Source: Synechococcus elongatus PCC 6301
GTDB taxonomy: Bacteria > Cyanobacteriota > Cyanobacteriia > Synechococcales > Synechococcaceae
Length of the DNA: 32,000 bases
Assembly (NCBI RefSeq): GCF_000010065.1
Contig: NC_006576.1
Coordinates: forward strand, 2,160,001 to 2,192,000
Direction of reading: 5' to 3'
Below are positions 16,364-24,775 of the stretch, piece after piece. The stretch's first letter is position 1; every line of letters starts with the position of its first letter. Made by a program: the position numbers and the translations under genes. The notes under the pieces were generated by a model that was not told the origin of the DNA, searched no databases, and saw only the letters and a list, made by a program, of their open reading frames with translations.

Positions 16364-17140
16364 ATGCGACTTCTGATCAGCAACGACGATGGCGTTTTCG
16401 CCCTCGGTATCCAAACCCTCGCCAACCGTCTCGTTCAGGCTGGCCATGAGGTCACGGTTGTCTGTCCCGATCGCGAGCGATCGGCCACCGGCCACGGCCT
16501 GACGTTGCATAAACCCATCCGCGCCGAACGGATCGAAGGGCTGTTTGATCCGGCAGTACAGGTCTGGGCTTGCTCTGGGACGCCTTCGGACTGCGTCAAG
16601 CTTGCCCTTGGCACACTGCTGCCAGAACTGCCCGATTTTGTGCTCTCGGGCATCAATCACGGCCCCAATCTGGGAACGGACGTGCTCTACTCCGGCACCG
16701 TCTCAGCAGCGATGGAGGGCGTGATTGAAGGTATCCCCAGCATTGCCCTGAGCTTGGCCAGTTTTACAGCGCGGGACTTTGAACCAGCGGCTGAGATTGC
16801 TGTGGAATTACTGGAGCGCCTGCCGCACCCCAGTTCGCCCAAGGTGCTGCTCAGCGTCAACATTCCGCCGGTACCGAAGGAGGAAATCGCTGGCATTCGC
16901 CTGACCCGCCAAGGCGTCCGACGCTACGTCGATCTGTTTGACCAGCGGGTCGATCCACGCGGTAAGCCCTATTTCTGGCTAGCCGGTGAGGTGGTGGAAG
17001 AAAGTGAACCACAGGAACCGGCTGATAGCCACTGGTGCGATGTCGATGCGATCCGCCGCAACTACGTGACGGTAACGCCGCTGCAGTACGACCTGACGCA
17101 CTACAACAGCCTCAGTCAGCTCGATCACCTCAGCCGCTAG
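16364..17140 (+). CDS. surE: 5'/3'-nucleotidase SurE
   Basis: [16 protein letters not shown] is the SurE N-terminal signature, and [10 protein letters not shown] and [11 protein letters not shown] are also present. The upstream part of the 337-aa track ORF overlaps pheS and is rejected. Confidence 0.9.
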   Translation: MRLLISNDDGVFALGIQTLANRLVQAGHEVTVVCPDRERSATGHGLTLHKPIRAERIEGLFDPAVQVWACSGTPSDCVKLALGTLLPELPDFVLSGINHGPNLGTDVLYSGTVSAAMEGVIEGIPSIALSLASFTARDFEPAAEIAVELLERLPHPSSPKVLLSVNIPPVPKEEIAGIRLTRQGVRRYVDLFDQRVDPRGKPYFWLAGEVVEESEPQEPADSHWCDVDAIRRNYVTVTPLQYDLTHYNSLSQLDHLSR

Positions 17141-17210
17141 GGGCGATTGCCCCCTCAGGGCTAGGATCGCAAGCGGTGATAGTAGCGCAAGCAACAGGGA
17201 GAGCGATCGC

Positions 17211-18446
17211 GTGTTCGATGCCTTAGTGATCGGGTCGGGGCCAGCCGGACTGGCGATCGCGGCAGAGCTGGCACAGCGCGGCTTGAAAGTCCAAGGACTA
17301 TCCCCCGTCGACCCATTCCATCCTTGGGAAAATACCTACGGCATCTGGGGACCCGAGCTGGATAGTCTTGGCCTCGAGCATCTCTTTGGGCATCGCTGGT
17401 CGAACTGCGTTAGCTACTTCGGTGAGGCGCCGGTTCAGCACCAATACAACTACGGGCTGTTTGATCGCGCCCAACTACAACAGCACTGGTTGCGGCAATG
17501 TGAGCAAGGCGGCCTGCAATGGCAACTCGGCAAAGCAGCTGCGATCGCCCATGACTCCCACCATTCCTGCGTTACGACAGCAGCAGGGCAGGAGTTACAG
17601 GCGCGGCTGGTTGTCGATACGACTGGGCACCAAGCGGCTTTTATCCAGCGACCTCATTCAGACGCGATCGCCTACCAAGCGGCCTACGGCATCATTGGCC
17701 AGTTTTCGCAGCCGCCGATCGAGCCCCATCAGTTTGTGCTGATGGACTACCGCAGCGACCATCTCTCACCTGAAGAACGCCAACTGCCACCGACCTTTCT
17801 CTACGCGATGGATCTCGGGAACGACGTCTACTTTGTAGAGGAAACATCGCTGGCGGCTTGCCCGGCTATTCCCTACGATCGCCTCAAACAACGGCTCTAT
17901 CAACGCTTAGCCACTCGCGGTGTGACGGTGCAAGTGATTCAGCACGAGGAATATTGCCTGTTTCCGTTGAATTTGCCGCTGCCCGATCTCACTCAGTCAG
18001 TGGTTGGCTTTGGGGGGGCGGCCAGTATGGTGCATCCCGCTTCGGGCTACATGGTCGGGGCGCTACTGCGGCGCGCTCCTGATCTGGCGAATGCGATCGC
18101 GGCTGGACTGAATGCCAGTTCCAGTCTGACCACGGCAGAACTTGCTACCCAAGCCTGGCGAGGACTCTGGCCAACCGAAAAAATTCGCAAGCACTACATC
18201 TACCAATTCGGCCTCGAAAAGCTGATGCGCTTTTCCGAAGCCCAGCTCAATCATCACTTCCAGACCTTCTTTGGCCTGCCGAAGGAGCAGTGGTACGGCT
18301 TTTTGACCAATACGCTGTCGCTACCGGAGCTGATTCAAGCGATGCTCAGATTATTTGCCCAAGCGCCGAATGATGTGCGCTGGGGTCTGATGGAACAACA
18401 AGGTCGCGAATTACAACTCTTTTGGCAAGCGATCGCGGCCCGCTAG
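17211..18446 (+). CDS. crtL: lycopene beta-cyclase (CrtL type)
   Basis: It has a GTG start, the FAD fold DALVIGSGPAGLAIAAELA, and CrtL-type motifs (FLYAMD, VGFGGAASMVHPASGY). It matches my recollection of S. elongatus CrtL. Confidence 0.9.
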   Translation: MFDALVIGSGPAGLAIAAELAQRGLKVQGLSPVDPFHPWENTYGIWGPELDSLGLEHLFGHRWSNCVSYFGEAPVQHQYNYGLFDRAQLQQHWLRQCEQGGLQWQLGKAAAIAHDSHHSCVTTAAGQELQARLVVDTTGHQAAFIQRPHSDAIAYQAAYGIIGQFSQPPIEPHQFVLMDYRSDHLSPEERQLPPTFLYAMDLGNDVYFVEETSLAACPAIPYDRLKQRLYQRLATRGVTVQVIQHEEYCLFPLNLPLPDLTQSVVGFGGAASMVHPASGYMVGALLRRAPDLANAIAAGLNASSSLTTAELATQAWRGLWPTEKIRKHYIYQFGLEKLMRFSEAQLNHHFQTFFGLPKEQWYGFLTNTLSLPELIQAMLRLFAQAPNDVRWGLMEQQGRELQLFWQAIAAR

Positions 18447-18567
18447 CTGCTAAAAACTAGCCGCCCTTGCCAATATCCCGTAAAGTTTTTGAAGCGCTGC
18501 TGCACTTGTTACAGAACCCTAGCGAGCACTTGTCCTGGTTCCACTTGAGGATCGATTCCCCCGAGTA

Positions 18568-18837
18568 ATGGCTTCCGAGAACTACCTCAACCATCCCACC
18601 TTCGGATTGCTCTACCAAATCTGCAGCTTTGGGGACAGCAAAGAACTCTTCGCCACTCTTTATGCTCAGCGCCTCTTTTTTCTCGTAGCCTTTGATGCTC
18701 GGGGAACCCGCTTTGAGCCAATCGGTCGTAATGAAGCGCGGATGTTGGTCGACAACCGTCTGCGCCAGCTGCGCCGAGATGCCAGTCTGCAGGAATACAA
18801 CCAGCTGCAGCAAGTCTTCAAACAAACCTTTCTGTAG
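18568..18837 (+). CDS. pipX: PII/NtcA-interacting protein PipX
   Basis: The 89-aa sequence MASENYLNHPTFGLLYQICSF... has the length and sequence I recall for S. elongatus PipX. It is followed 24 nt later by a YggS-family gene, as in the known pipX-pipY operon. Confidence 0.93.
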   Translation: MASENYLNHPTFGLLYQICSFGDSKELFATLYAQRLFFLVAFDARGTRFEPIGRNEARMLVDNRLRQLRRDASLQEYNQLQQVFKQTFL

Positions 18838-18861
18838 CCAGCTAGGGAGTCAGAGGCAGGC

Positions 18862-19527
18862 ATGGCCCAAATTGCCGAGCGGTTGGCCAGTCTCCGATCG
18901 CAACTGCCTCCCAGCGTTCAGCTGATTGCTGTCAGCAAGAACCATCCCGCTGCTGCCATCCGAGAAGCCTATGCAGCAGGTCAGCGGCACTTTGGCGAAA
19001 ATCGGGTCCAAGAAGCGATCGCTAAGCAAGCGGAACTGACGGATCTGCCCGATTTGACTTGGCATCTGCTGGGAAAACTGCAGAGCAATAAAGCCCGGAA
19101 AGCTGTCGAGCATTTCGACTGGATTCATTCAGTTGATAGCTGGGCCTTGGCTGAACGACTCGATCGCATTGCGGGAGAGTTGGGGCGATCGCCCAAGCTT
19201 TGCCTCCAGGTGAAGCTCCTGCCTGACCCCAACAAAGCGGGCTGGGACCCTGCTGATTTGCGGGCTGAGTTACCGCAGCTCAGTCAACTCCAACAGGTAC
19301 AAATCCGCGGCTTGATGGTGATTGCGCCCCTCGGACTCACCGCCGCTGAGACTCAGGCTCTGTTTGCGCAGGCTCGCACCTTCGCCGCCGAGTTGCAGCA
19401 GCAGGCTCCGCAGCTACGGCTCACGGAACTCTCGATGGGCATGTCGAGTGACTGGCCTTTGGCTGTGGCGGAAGGGGCAACTTGGATTCGAGTCGGAACC
19501 CAGTTATTTGGGCCGCGATCGCTGTAA
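18862..19527 (+). CDS. pipY: PLP-binding protein of the YggS/PLPBP (COG0325) family, PipY
   Basis: LIAVSKNHP contains the PLP lysine. FGENRVQEA, HLLGKLQSNK and the C-terminal SMGMSSD...A...GATWIRVGTQLFG are also present. Confidence 0.9.
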   Translation: MAQIAERLASLRSQLPPSVQLIAVSKNHPAAAIREAYAAGQRHFGENRVQEAIAKQAELTDLPDLTWHLLGKLQSNKARKAVEHFDWIHSVDSWALAERLDRIAGELGRSPKLCLQVKLLPDPNKAGWDPADLRAELPQLSQLQQVQIRGLMVIAPLGLTAAETQALFAQARTFAAELQQQAPQLRLTELSMGMSSDWPLAVAEGATWIRVGTQLFGPRSL

Positions 19528-19758
19528 TCTTGGCCATAGTTAACAAACCTTTACGTCTTAGAACTGGCCTGGCAATTGCCATTTCAGGTGCTTTAAGTGG
19601 CTTTCCTTAAAAAAAGCTGAGATTTGTTCGGTAAAACCAGTCGAAATCTTGCCGTTTGTGCTATTACTACTGCGTCTCCATCGACCTAAGCAGTGCCCTG
19701 CGCTCTCGCTAGTGGTCAGCGGAAAAGTGTGGTGTCGTTGCCCTTGGAGGAACTGATC

Positions 19759-20334
19759 GTGTCTTTTGTGAACCGGATCCGCGATATCGTCGGTCTCAAT
19801 GAGTCGCTGGACTACGACGAAGAGTACGAAACCTACGATGTGGCAGCGGACTCTTACAACGGTTATAACGACGCTGCCGAAACCAGTTCCCGCCGGAGAC
19901 AGCGCAACCATACGCCGACTGCCAGTATTGAACCGGTTAGTACGGCCAGCAATGTGATTGGCTTGCCCGGTCTGAGCAGCAGCTCAGAAGTGGTGGTAAT
20001 GGAACCCCGCTCTTTCGAAGAAATGCCCCAGGCCATTCAGGCTTTGCGCGAGCGCAAGACGATCGTGCTGAACCTGACGATGATGGAGCCTGACCAAGCA
20101 CAGCGCGCCGTCGATTTTGTCGCCGGTGGCACCTTTGCCATTGATGGCCACCAAGAGCGCGTCGGCGAAAGCATTTTTCTGTTCACCCCGAGCTGCGTTC
20201 ATGTCACCACCCAAGGTGGCGAGCAGTATCTGAACGAGTCCCCTGCCCAGCCGGTGCAGACTACGACTAGCTTTGGCCGGACTGCGACTCCGACCCCGGC
20301 TTGGGGCACCGATAGCCGCTACGCTGCTCAATAG
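19759..20334 (+). CDS. sepF: cell division protein SepF
   Basis: It has the SepF/DUF552 core [68 protein letters not shown] prefer GTG 19759, which has GGAGG at 19746-19750, to the upstream in-frame start of the track ORF. Confidence 0.8.
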   Translation: MSFVNRIRDIVGLNESLDYDEEYETYDVAADSYNGYNDAAETSSRRRQRNHTPTASIEPVSTASNVIGLPGLSSSSEVVVMEPRSFEEMPQAIQALRERKTIVLNLTMMEPDQAQRAVDFVAGGTFAIDGHQERVGESIFLFTPSCVHVTTQGGEQYLNESPAQPVQTTTSFGRTATPTPAWGTDSRYAAQ

Positions 20335-20469
20335 CCTGCTAGGCGCTCTGTTCTAACCCTCACTAGACGGCACCACATCTGTTTGCCTGTCGAGTTCGAT
20401 CCCTGCGATCGCGCTTGGCAGGCATTCGTTGCTCTAGGATCAAGCATGGTTTTTTGAGTCGGAAACGGC

Positions 20470-21264
20470 ATGATCAGCAGCTTGGGCATCATTGGCGGTG
20501 GCGTGATGGGAGAAGCCTTGCTCGCCCGACTGTTGGCCCAAGGACAGGTGGCCGCGACGGCCGTTACTGTCAGTGAACCCTTTGCTGCTCGGTGTGAGTT
20601 CCTGAACGATCGCTACGGCGTTCGTTGCGTTGATGACAATGCTGAAGCTGCTCAGGCTGATTGGGTTTTGCTGGCGATCAAACCTCAGGTCTTTGATCCG
20701 GCAGTGGCAGGCCTAGCAAATTTGCGCAGCGATCGTTTGATCCTGTCGATCTTGGCAGGAGTACCTTTGGCCAAGCTGGAGGCTGCTTTTCCGCATGAAG
20801 CGGTGATTCGGGCCATGCCGAACACGCCGGCGACGGTGGGTGCTGGGGTAACGGCGATCGCAGCTGGACAGCAGGTAACGGCGGATCAGCTCAGCCAAGC
20901 ACAGGAATTTTTTGCGGCAGTCGGTCGCGTTGTCACCGTACCGGAATCGCAATTGGATGCCGTGACAGGACTGTCTGGTTCCGGCCCCGGCTATGTCGCT
21001 CTGATTGTTGAAGCCCTCAGTGATGGCGGTGTCGCTGCTGGTCTGCCCCGCGCGATCGCGACTGAACTGGCGATTCAAACGGTGCGGGGAACGGCGGAAT
21101 TGCTCCAAGAAACCGGCTGGCATCCGGGCGAACTCAAAGATCGCGTCTGTAGCCCCGGCGGTACCACAATTGCGGGGGTAGCGACCCTTGAACAAAATGG
21201 ACTGCGATCTGCCCTGATCGAAGCGGTCAAAGCAGCAGCGCTGCGATCGCAACAATTGGGCTAG
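20470..21264 (+). CDS. proC: pyrroline-5-carboxylate reductase
   Basis: It has the Rossmann motif IGIIGGGVMGEAL, MPNTPA, and the C-terminal SPGGTTIAG signature. Confidence 0.9.
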   Translation: MISSLGIIGGGVMGEALLARLLAQGQVAATAVTVSEPFAARCEFLNDRYGVRCVDDNAEAAQADWVLLAIKPQVFDPAVAGLANLRSDRLILSILAGVPLAKLEAAFPHEAVIRAMPNTPATVGAGVTAIAAGQQVTADQLSQAQEFFAAVGRVVTVPESQLDAVTGLSGSGPGYVALIVEALSDGGVAAGLPRAIATELAIQTVRGTAELLQETGWHPGELKDRVCSPGGTTIAGVATLEQNGLRSALIEAVKAAALRSQQLG

Positions 21265-21273
21265 GTGCCTGCC

Positions 21274-21906
21274 TTAACGATTGGTTGATAGCCGTTGTCC
21301 AATGCGGGGTTCTTCACCCCGCCGTAGGCGATCGAGGTTGCTCCGGTGCCGGTAGATCACGTAAATCCCAGAAGCGATACCCAGAATCTTGTTTGGTAGG
21401 GGTTCCGGCAAGATCAGCATCAAGACGATGACAGTAATGGCCCCGGCGATCGAGCCAAGCGAGACAATCCGAAATAGGGCTAGGAGCAGGAGGAAAGCGC
21501 CGAATCCTGACAGCCCAACCACGGGCGATAAGGCGAGGAGTACGCCTAAGCTAGTGGCAACAGATTTGCCACCCCGAAAACTGAGCCAAACCGGCAGGCT
21601 GTGACCGACGACAGCAATGATCGCGGCAAAGGCAGCAAGCCAAGCGATCGCACTCGGATCGAGTCCATTGGTAGAGGCGATCGCCCGTGCCGCAACAACT
21701 GCCAGGACACCCTTGAGAATGTCGGTGATGAACACCACCAAGGCTGGACCCTTGCCCAGCACCCGTAGGACATTGGTGGCTCCAGTCGAACCAGATCCTT
21801 CCTTGCGAATGTCAATGCCCTTGAGCCAGCGGCCAGCCAGATAGCCTGCTGGGAAGGAGCCCAAAAGGTAGGCAAGCAGCGCGATCGCGACAACACTGAG
21901 CAACAT
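21274..21906 (-). CDS. plsY: glycerol-3-phosphate acyltransferase PlsY
   Basis: It is a multi-pass membrane protein with YLLGSFP..., [12 protein letters not shown] and [12 protein letters not shown] motifs. Confidence 0.9.
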   Translation of the reverse strand: MLLSVVAIALLAYLLGSFPAGYLAGRWLKGIDIRKEGSGSTGATNVLRVLGKGPALVVFITDILKGVLAVVAARAIASTNGLDPSAIAWLAAFAAIIAVVGHSLPVWLSFRGGKSVATSLGVLLALSPVVGLSGFGAFLLLLALFRIVSLGSIAGAITVIVLMLILPEPLPNKILGIASGIYVIYRHRSNLDRLRRGEEPRIGQRLSTNR

Positions 21907-21970
21907 GGGTCTGGGTCAGAAGTCTGGACACTACCTTATTACGCGGCGTGAGCTTGCGGATCTGGACTTG

Positions 21971-22010
21971 GTAACAAACAACAAAGCCGACTGTCTCAGA
22001 CAACCGGCTT
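21971..22010 (-). terminator. intrinsic terminator downstream of the DUF2949-like gene
   Basis: The minus-strand RNA reads AAGCCGGUUGUC-UGA-GACAGUCGGCUU, a 12-bp stem including two G-U pairs with a triloop (21984-22010). It is followed by UGUUGUUUGUU. Confidence 0.65.
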
Positions 22011-22045
22011 GAGGAGGAGAAGCTGGGCTGGAGGTGCGATCGCTC

Positions 22046-22285
22046 CTAGGCGGCAGCTTCCATCCAGTCGTAGATCTGTTCCAGTTCTTGCAGGTTCACC
22101 AAGCCGTAGCGCCAGAGCACCATTGGGATCGGGCCTTGTTCTTGCTCGCTATGACGGACGGCCATTTCAATCGAGGCATCCGGCAGAGCCAATTCTTCCT
22201 GCAGGAAACGAATCAGCTCAGGCTTCGCTGCAGCGATCGGGGTATTGAGGCTGGATTCGTTGCCCGGGAAGGGAATGAAACTCAT
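22046..22285 (-). CDS. small cyanobacterial protein, DUF2949-like
   Basis: The 79-aa protein from ATG 22285 has the C-terminal LIRFLQEELALPDASIEMAVRHSEQEQGPIPMVLWRYGLVNLQELEQIYDW, which resembles the DUF2949 family. The longer 125-aa version needs a TTG start. Confidence 0.55.
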   Translation of the reverse strand: MSFIPFPGNESSLNTPIAAAKPELIRFLQEELALPDASIEMAVRHSEQEQGPIPMVLWRYGLVNLQELEQIYDWMEAAA

Positions 22286-22487
22286 GGGAATGTTAGATGG
22301 ATTACCAATGACAATGCTTAGGAGCCCAAATGTTACATCGATGACAAAAAAAGTCAAGCGATGTGCATTCAGAGTAGTGCAGCCTGTGGGAAGCGATCGC
22401 CAAACTGCAAACGAAAGCAACAAAGCAATAGCGTTCAGTGCGCCGATGTTAACAGTCCTGCCGGATTTGCCAAGGGAGCAAAAGTGC

Positions 22488-23732
22488 CTAGTGGCTCTTG
22501 AGTTGAATGCGCTGTACCCATTGCCCCGTCATCACCTTGAGGGCGAGAGTCCGAAGCAGGGGCACATGGCGCAGGAGCCACAGCCCCAGACGGCGTAACT
22601 GGACGAGGGGCCAGAAATGATTGGAGAAGAGGCGATCGAGCAGATCGGTAAAGCCCAAGATCAGCCAAGTTTCGCGTTTGCGACGGCGTTCGTAGCGCTG
22701 GAGTAGTGATAGTCGGCCGAGATCTTTGCGGCGACGGCGATCGCTAGTCAAGGTTTCAATCAGGGCGCCCGCATCCTGAATGCCGAGGTTCAGCCCTTGG
22801 CCCCCCACCGGATGGCAGCAATGCGCGGCATCACCAACGAGGGCAAGGCGGTGCTGGACGTAGCGGCGGCTTTGGCGCAGTTGCACCGGAAAGATGCGGC
22901 GATCGCTGAGCAAACGCAGTTGTCCGTAGCGATCGCCAAAGGGTTGCCGTAGTTGTTGGAGAAATTCTGACTCGGGGAGATCCCGCAACTGTTGTGCCTG
23001 AGCATGGGGTGCCGTCCAGACGATCTGAGCGCGATCGCCCGGTAGGGGCAGAACGGCAAAGGGGCCACTCTTACGGAAACATTCCTGGGCAACGCCCTGA
23101 TGCGATCGCTCGAGGCCAACCACTGCCGTCAGACAGGACTGCCAGTAGGCCCAGCCATCCCGCCGAATGCCGCAAGCCTCGCGCAGAGGGGAGTTGGGGC
23201 CATCAGCCGCGACAACCAGTTGGCTTTGCCACTGCTGTTGAATGCCATCGCGTTCGAGGAGCAGTGTGGCTTGGTGGGTGTCGAGGTTGACTTCCAGTAG
23301 TTGCGTTGAGGGCAGCCAAGTAAGGTTGGGCAGCGACTCAAACTGCTCGTAGAGCGTTTCCAGCAGGACCCGATGTTCGGCTACGTAGCCAAGGCTCTGC
23401 GATCGCTGCAAATCCTTCGGCAACAGGCGTACGGATTTGGGAAGCGCTGTGTCGCTGAGCTGAATTTCTTGGAAAGGTTGAATGCGGGGCAGCAAAGTTT
23501 CCCACAGTCCCAACTGCTCCAGTAAATCGGCGGCGGCCAAGGTCAGAGCATAGGCGCGATCGCGTTTCAGGACTGCCGCAGGAGATTGGGCCTCAACTAG
23601 GGCAACCCGCAATCCTTGGCGGGCTAAGCCATAGGTGACCAAGCTGCCGACAATGCCTGCTCCAACGACAACGACATCGGTGGTCAGCGATCGCGACGAC
23701 ACAAGATCAGTGGGGTTGGCCTCAGTCAGCAT
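22488..23732 (-). CDS. FAD-dependent monooxygenase, UbiH/UbiF/Coq6 family
   Basis: It has the N-terminal VVVVGAGIVGSL fold, the internal DG motif (VAADGPNSPLR) and the GDAAHCCHPVGGQGLNLG signature of flavin aromatic hydroxylases. Confidence 0.85.
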   Translation of the reverse strand: MLTEANPTDLVSSRSLTTDVVVVGAGIVGSLVTYGLARQGLRVALVEAQSPAAVLKRDRAYALTLAAADLLEQLGLWETLLPRIQPFQEIQLSDTALPKSVRLLPKDLQRSQSLGYVAEHRVLLETLYEQFESLPNLTWLPSTQLLEVNLDTHQATLLLERDGIQQQWQSQLVVAADGPNSPLREACGIRRDGWAYWQSCLTAVVGLERSHQGVAQECFRKSGPFAVLPLPGDRAQIVWTAPHAQAQQLRDLPESEFLQQLRQPFGDRYGQLRLLSDRRIFPVQLRQSRRYVQHRLALVGDAAHCCHPVGGQGLNLGIQDAGALIETLTSDRRRRKDLGRLSLLQRYERRRKRETWLILGFTDLLDRLFSNHFWPLVQLRRLGLWLLRHVPLLRTLALKVMTGQWVQRIQLKSH

Positions 23733-23833
23733 GGATAGGCACCACTCCAGCAGGGGACAGCTTTATTTTCAACGCTTCTCAGGAAAGCAGGGGGCGATCG
23801 CGATAATAAGCAGAGAGAATTCTGGGCGTTTCC

Positions 23834-24775
23834 ATGACGGCTACGACGGTAAAACCGATGGGGCTTGCCTCTCGTTTGGTCAGTGGCATCCTCCAGATTC
23901 AGCCACTCTTCAACATCGCGCGCAAACGAGCGCGATCGATGATGGTGCAACGTGCTAGCCAGATCGGCGTCGATTGGCCGGCCAGAACTGCAGCCCTGCG
24001 TCAACGTCAGAGCGAGCAGTCGTTTTCGCCGGATTGGGAACAGGATCTGCAGGCGCTAACCAATCCTGATCTCCAATACCCGAGCTACTACGTCGCACCC
24101 TTTCATGCCTATCCCGAGGGCAACTTGGGCTGGGAACCGGCGATGGAAGTGGAAGTGGCGGCGCTCTCCGTCCATGCCCGCATTTGGCCCGAGGCGGGTG
24201 CCCAAGGCGATGCTCAACTCCGCGCCAGCTATCACCAAGTTTTGAAAGAGCATCTGCCGACTGCACCCCAGCGGATTTTGGACATTGGCTGCAGTGTTGG
24301 CATGAGCACCTTCACGTTGCAAGACACGTTCCCGCAAGCAGCGATCGCGGGTCTCGATCTTTCGCCCTATTTCCTTGCCGTCGCGAAATATCAGGCAGAA
24401 CAGGCGGGGCGATCGATTCAATGGCACCATGCCGCAGCGGAAGCGACAGGACTGCCGGATCAAAGCTTTGATCTCATTTCTGCTTGCCTGGTCTTTCACG
24501 AACTACCGGCTCAAGCAGCACAAGACATCCTCAAAGAGGCGCGACGCTTGCTGCCGGTCGGCGGTCACATTGCTCTGATGGACATGAATCCGCAGTCGGA
24601 TGTGTTTGCCAAAATGCCACCCTACATCCTGACGCTGCTGAAGAGCACCGAGCCTTACATCGACGAATATTTCAGTTTGGACTTGGATGCGGTTTTCCAA
24701 GCGGCGGGGTTCACGACTCCGACTCGGATCTGCAACAGTCCCCGCCACCACACGCTGATTGCCCAGGCGATTTAA
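23834..24775 (+). CDS. class I SAM-dependent methyltransferase
   Basis: Motif I is ILDIGCSVGMST, post-I is AGLDLSP, and motif II/III is DLISACLVFHELP...LLPVGGHIALMD. It has an approximately 140-aa N-terminal extension of unknown function. Confidence 0.8.
   Translation: MTATTVKPMGLASRLVSGILQIQPLFNIARKRARSMMVQRASQIGVDWPARTAALRQRQSEQSFSPDWEQDLQALTNPDLQYPSYYVAPFHAYPEGNLGWEPAMEVEVAALSVHARIWPEAGAQGDAQLRASYHQVLKEHLPTAPQRILDIGCSVGMSTFTLQDTFPQAAIAGLDLSPYFLAVAKYQAEQAGRSIQWHHAAAEATGLPDQSFDLISACLVFHELPAQAAQDILKEARRLLPVGGHIALMDMNPQSDVFAKMPPYILTLLKSTEPYIDEYFSLDLDAVFQAAGFTTPTRICNSPRHHTLIAQAI

Noticed and set aside
18457-18825. A 122-aa minus-strand ORF covering the pipX locus.
   Set aside because: It is fully antisense to the 89-aa PipX ORF, whose sequence I recognise. 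It has no motif and no independent support.
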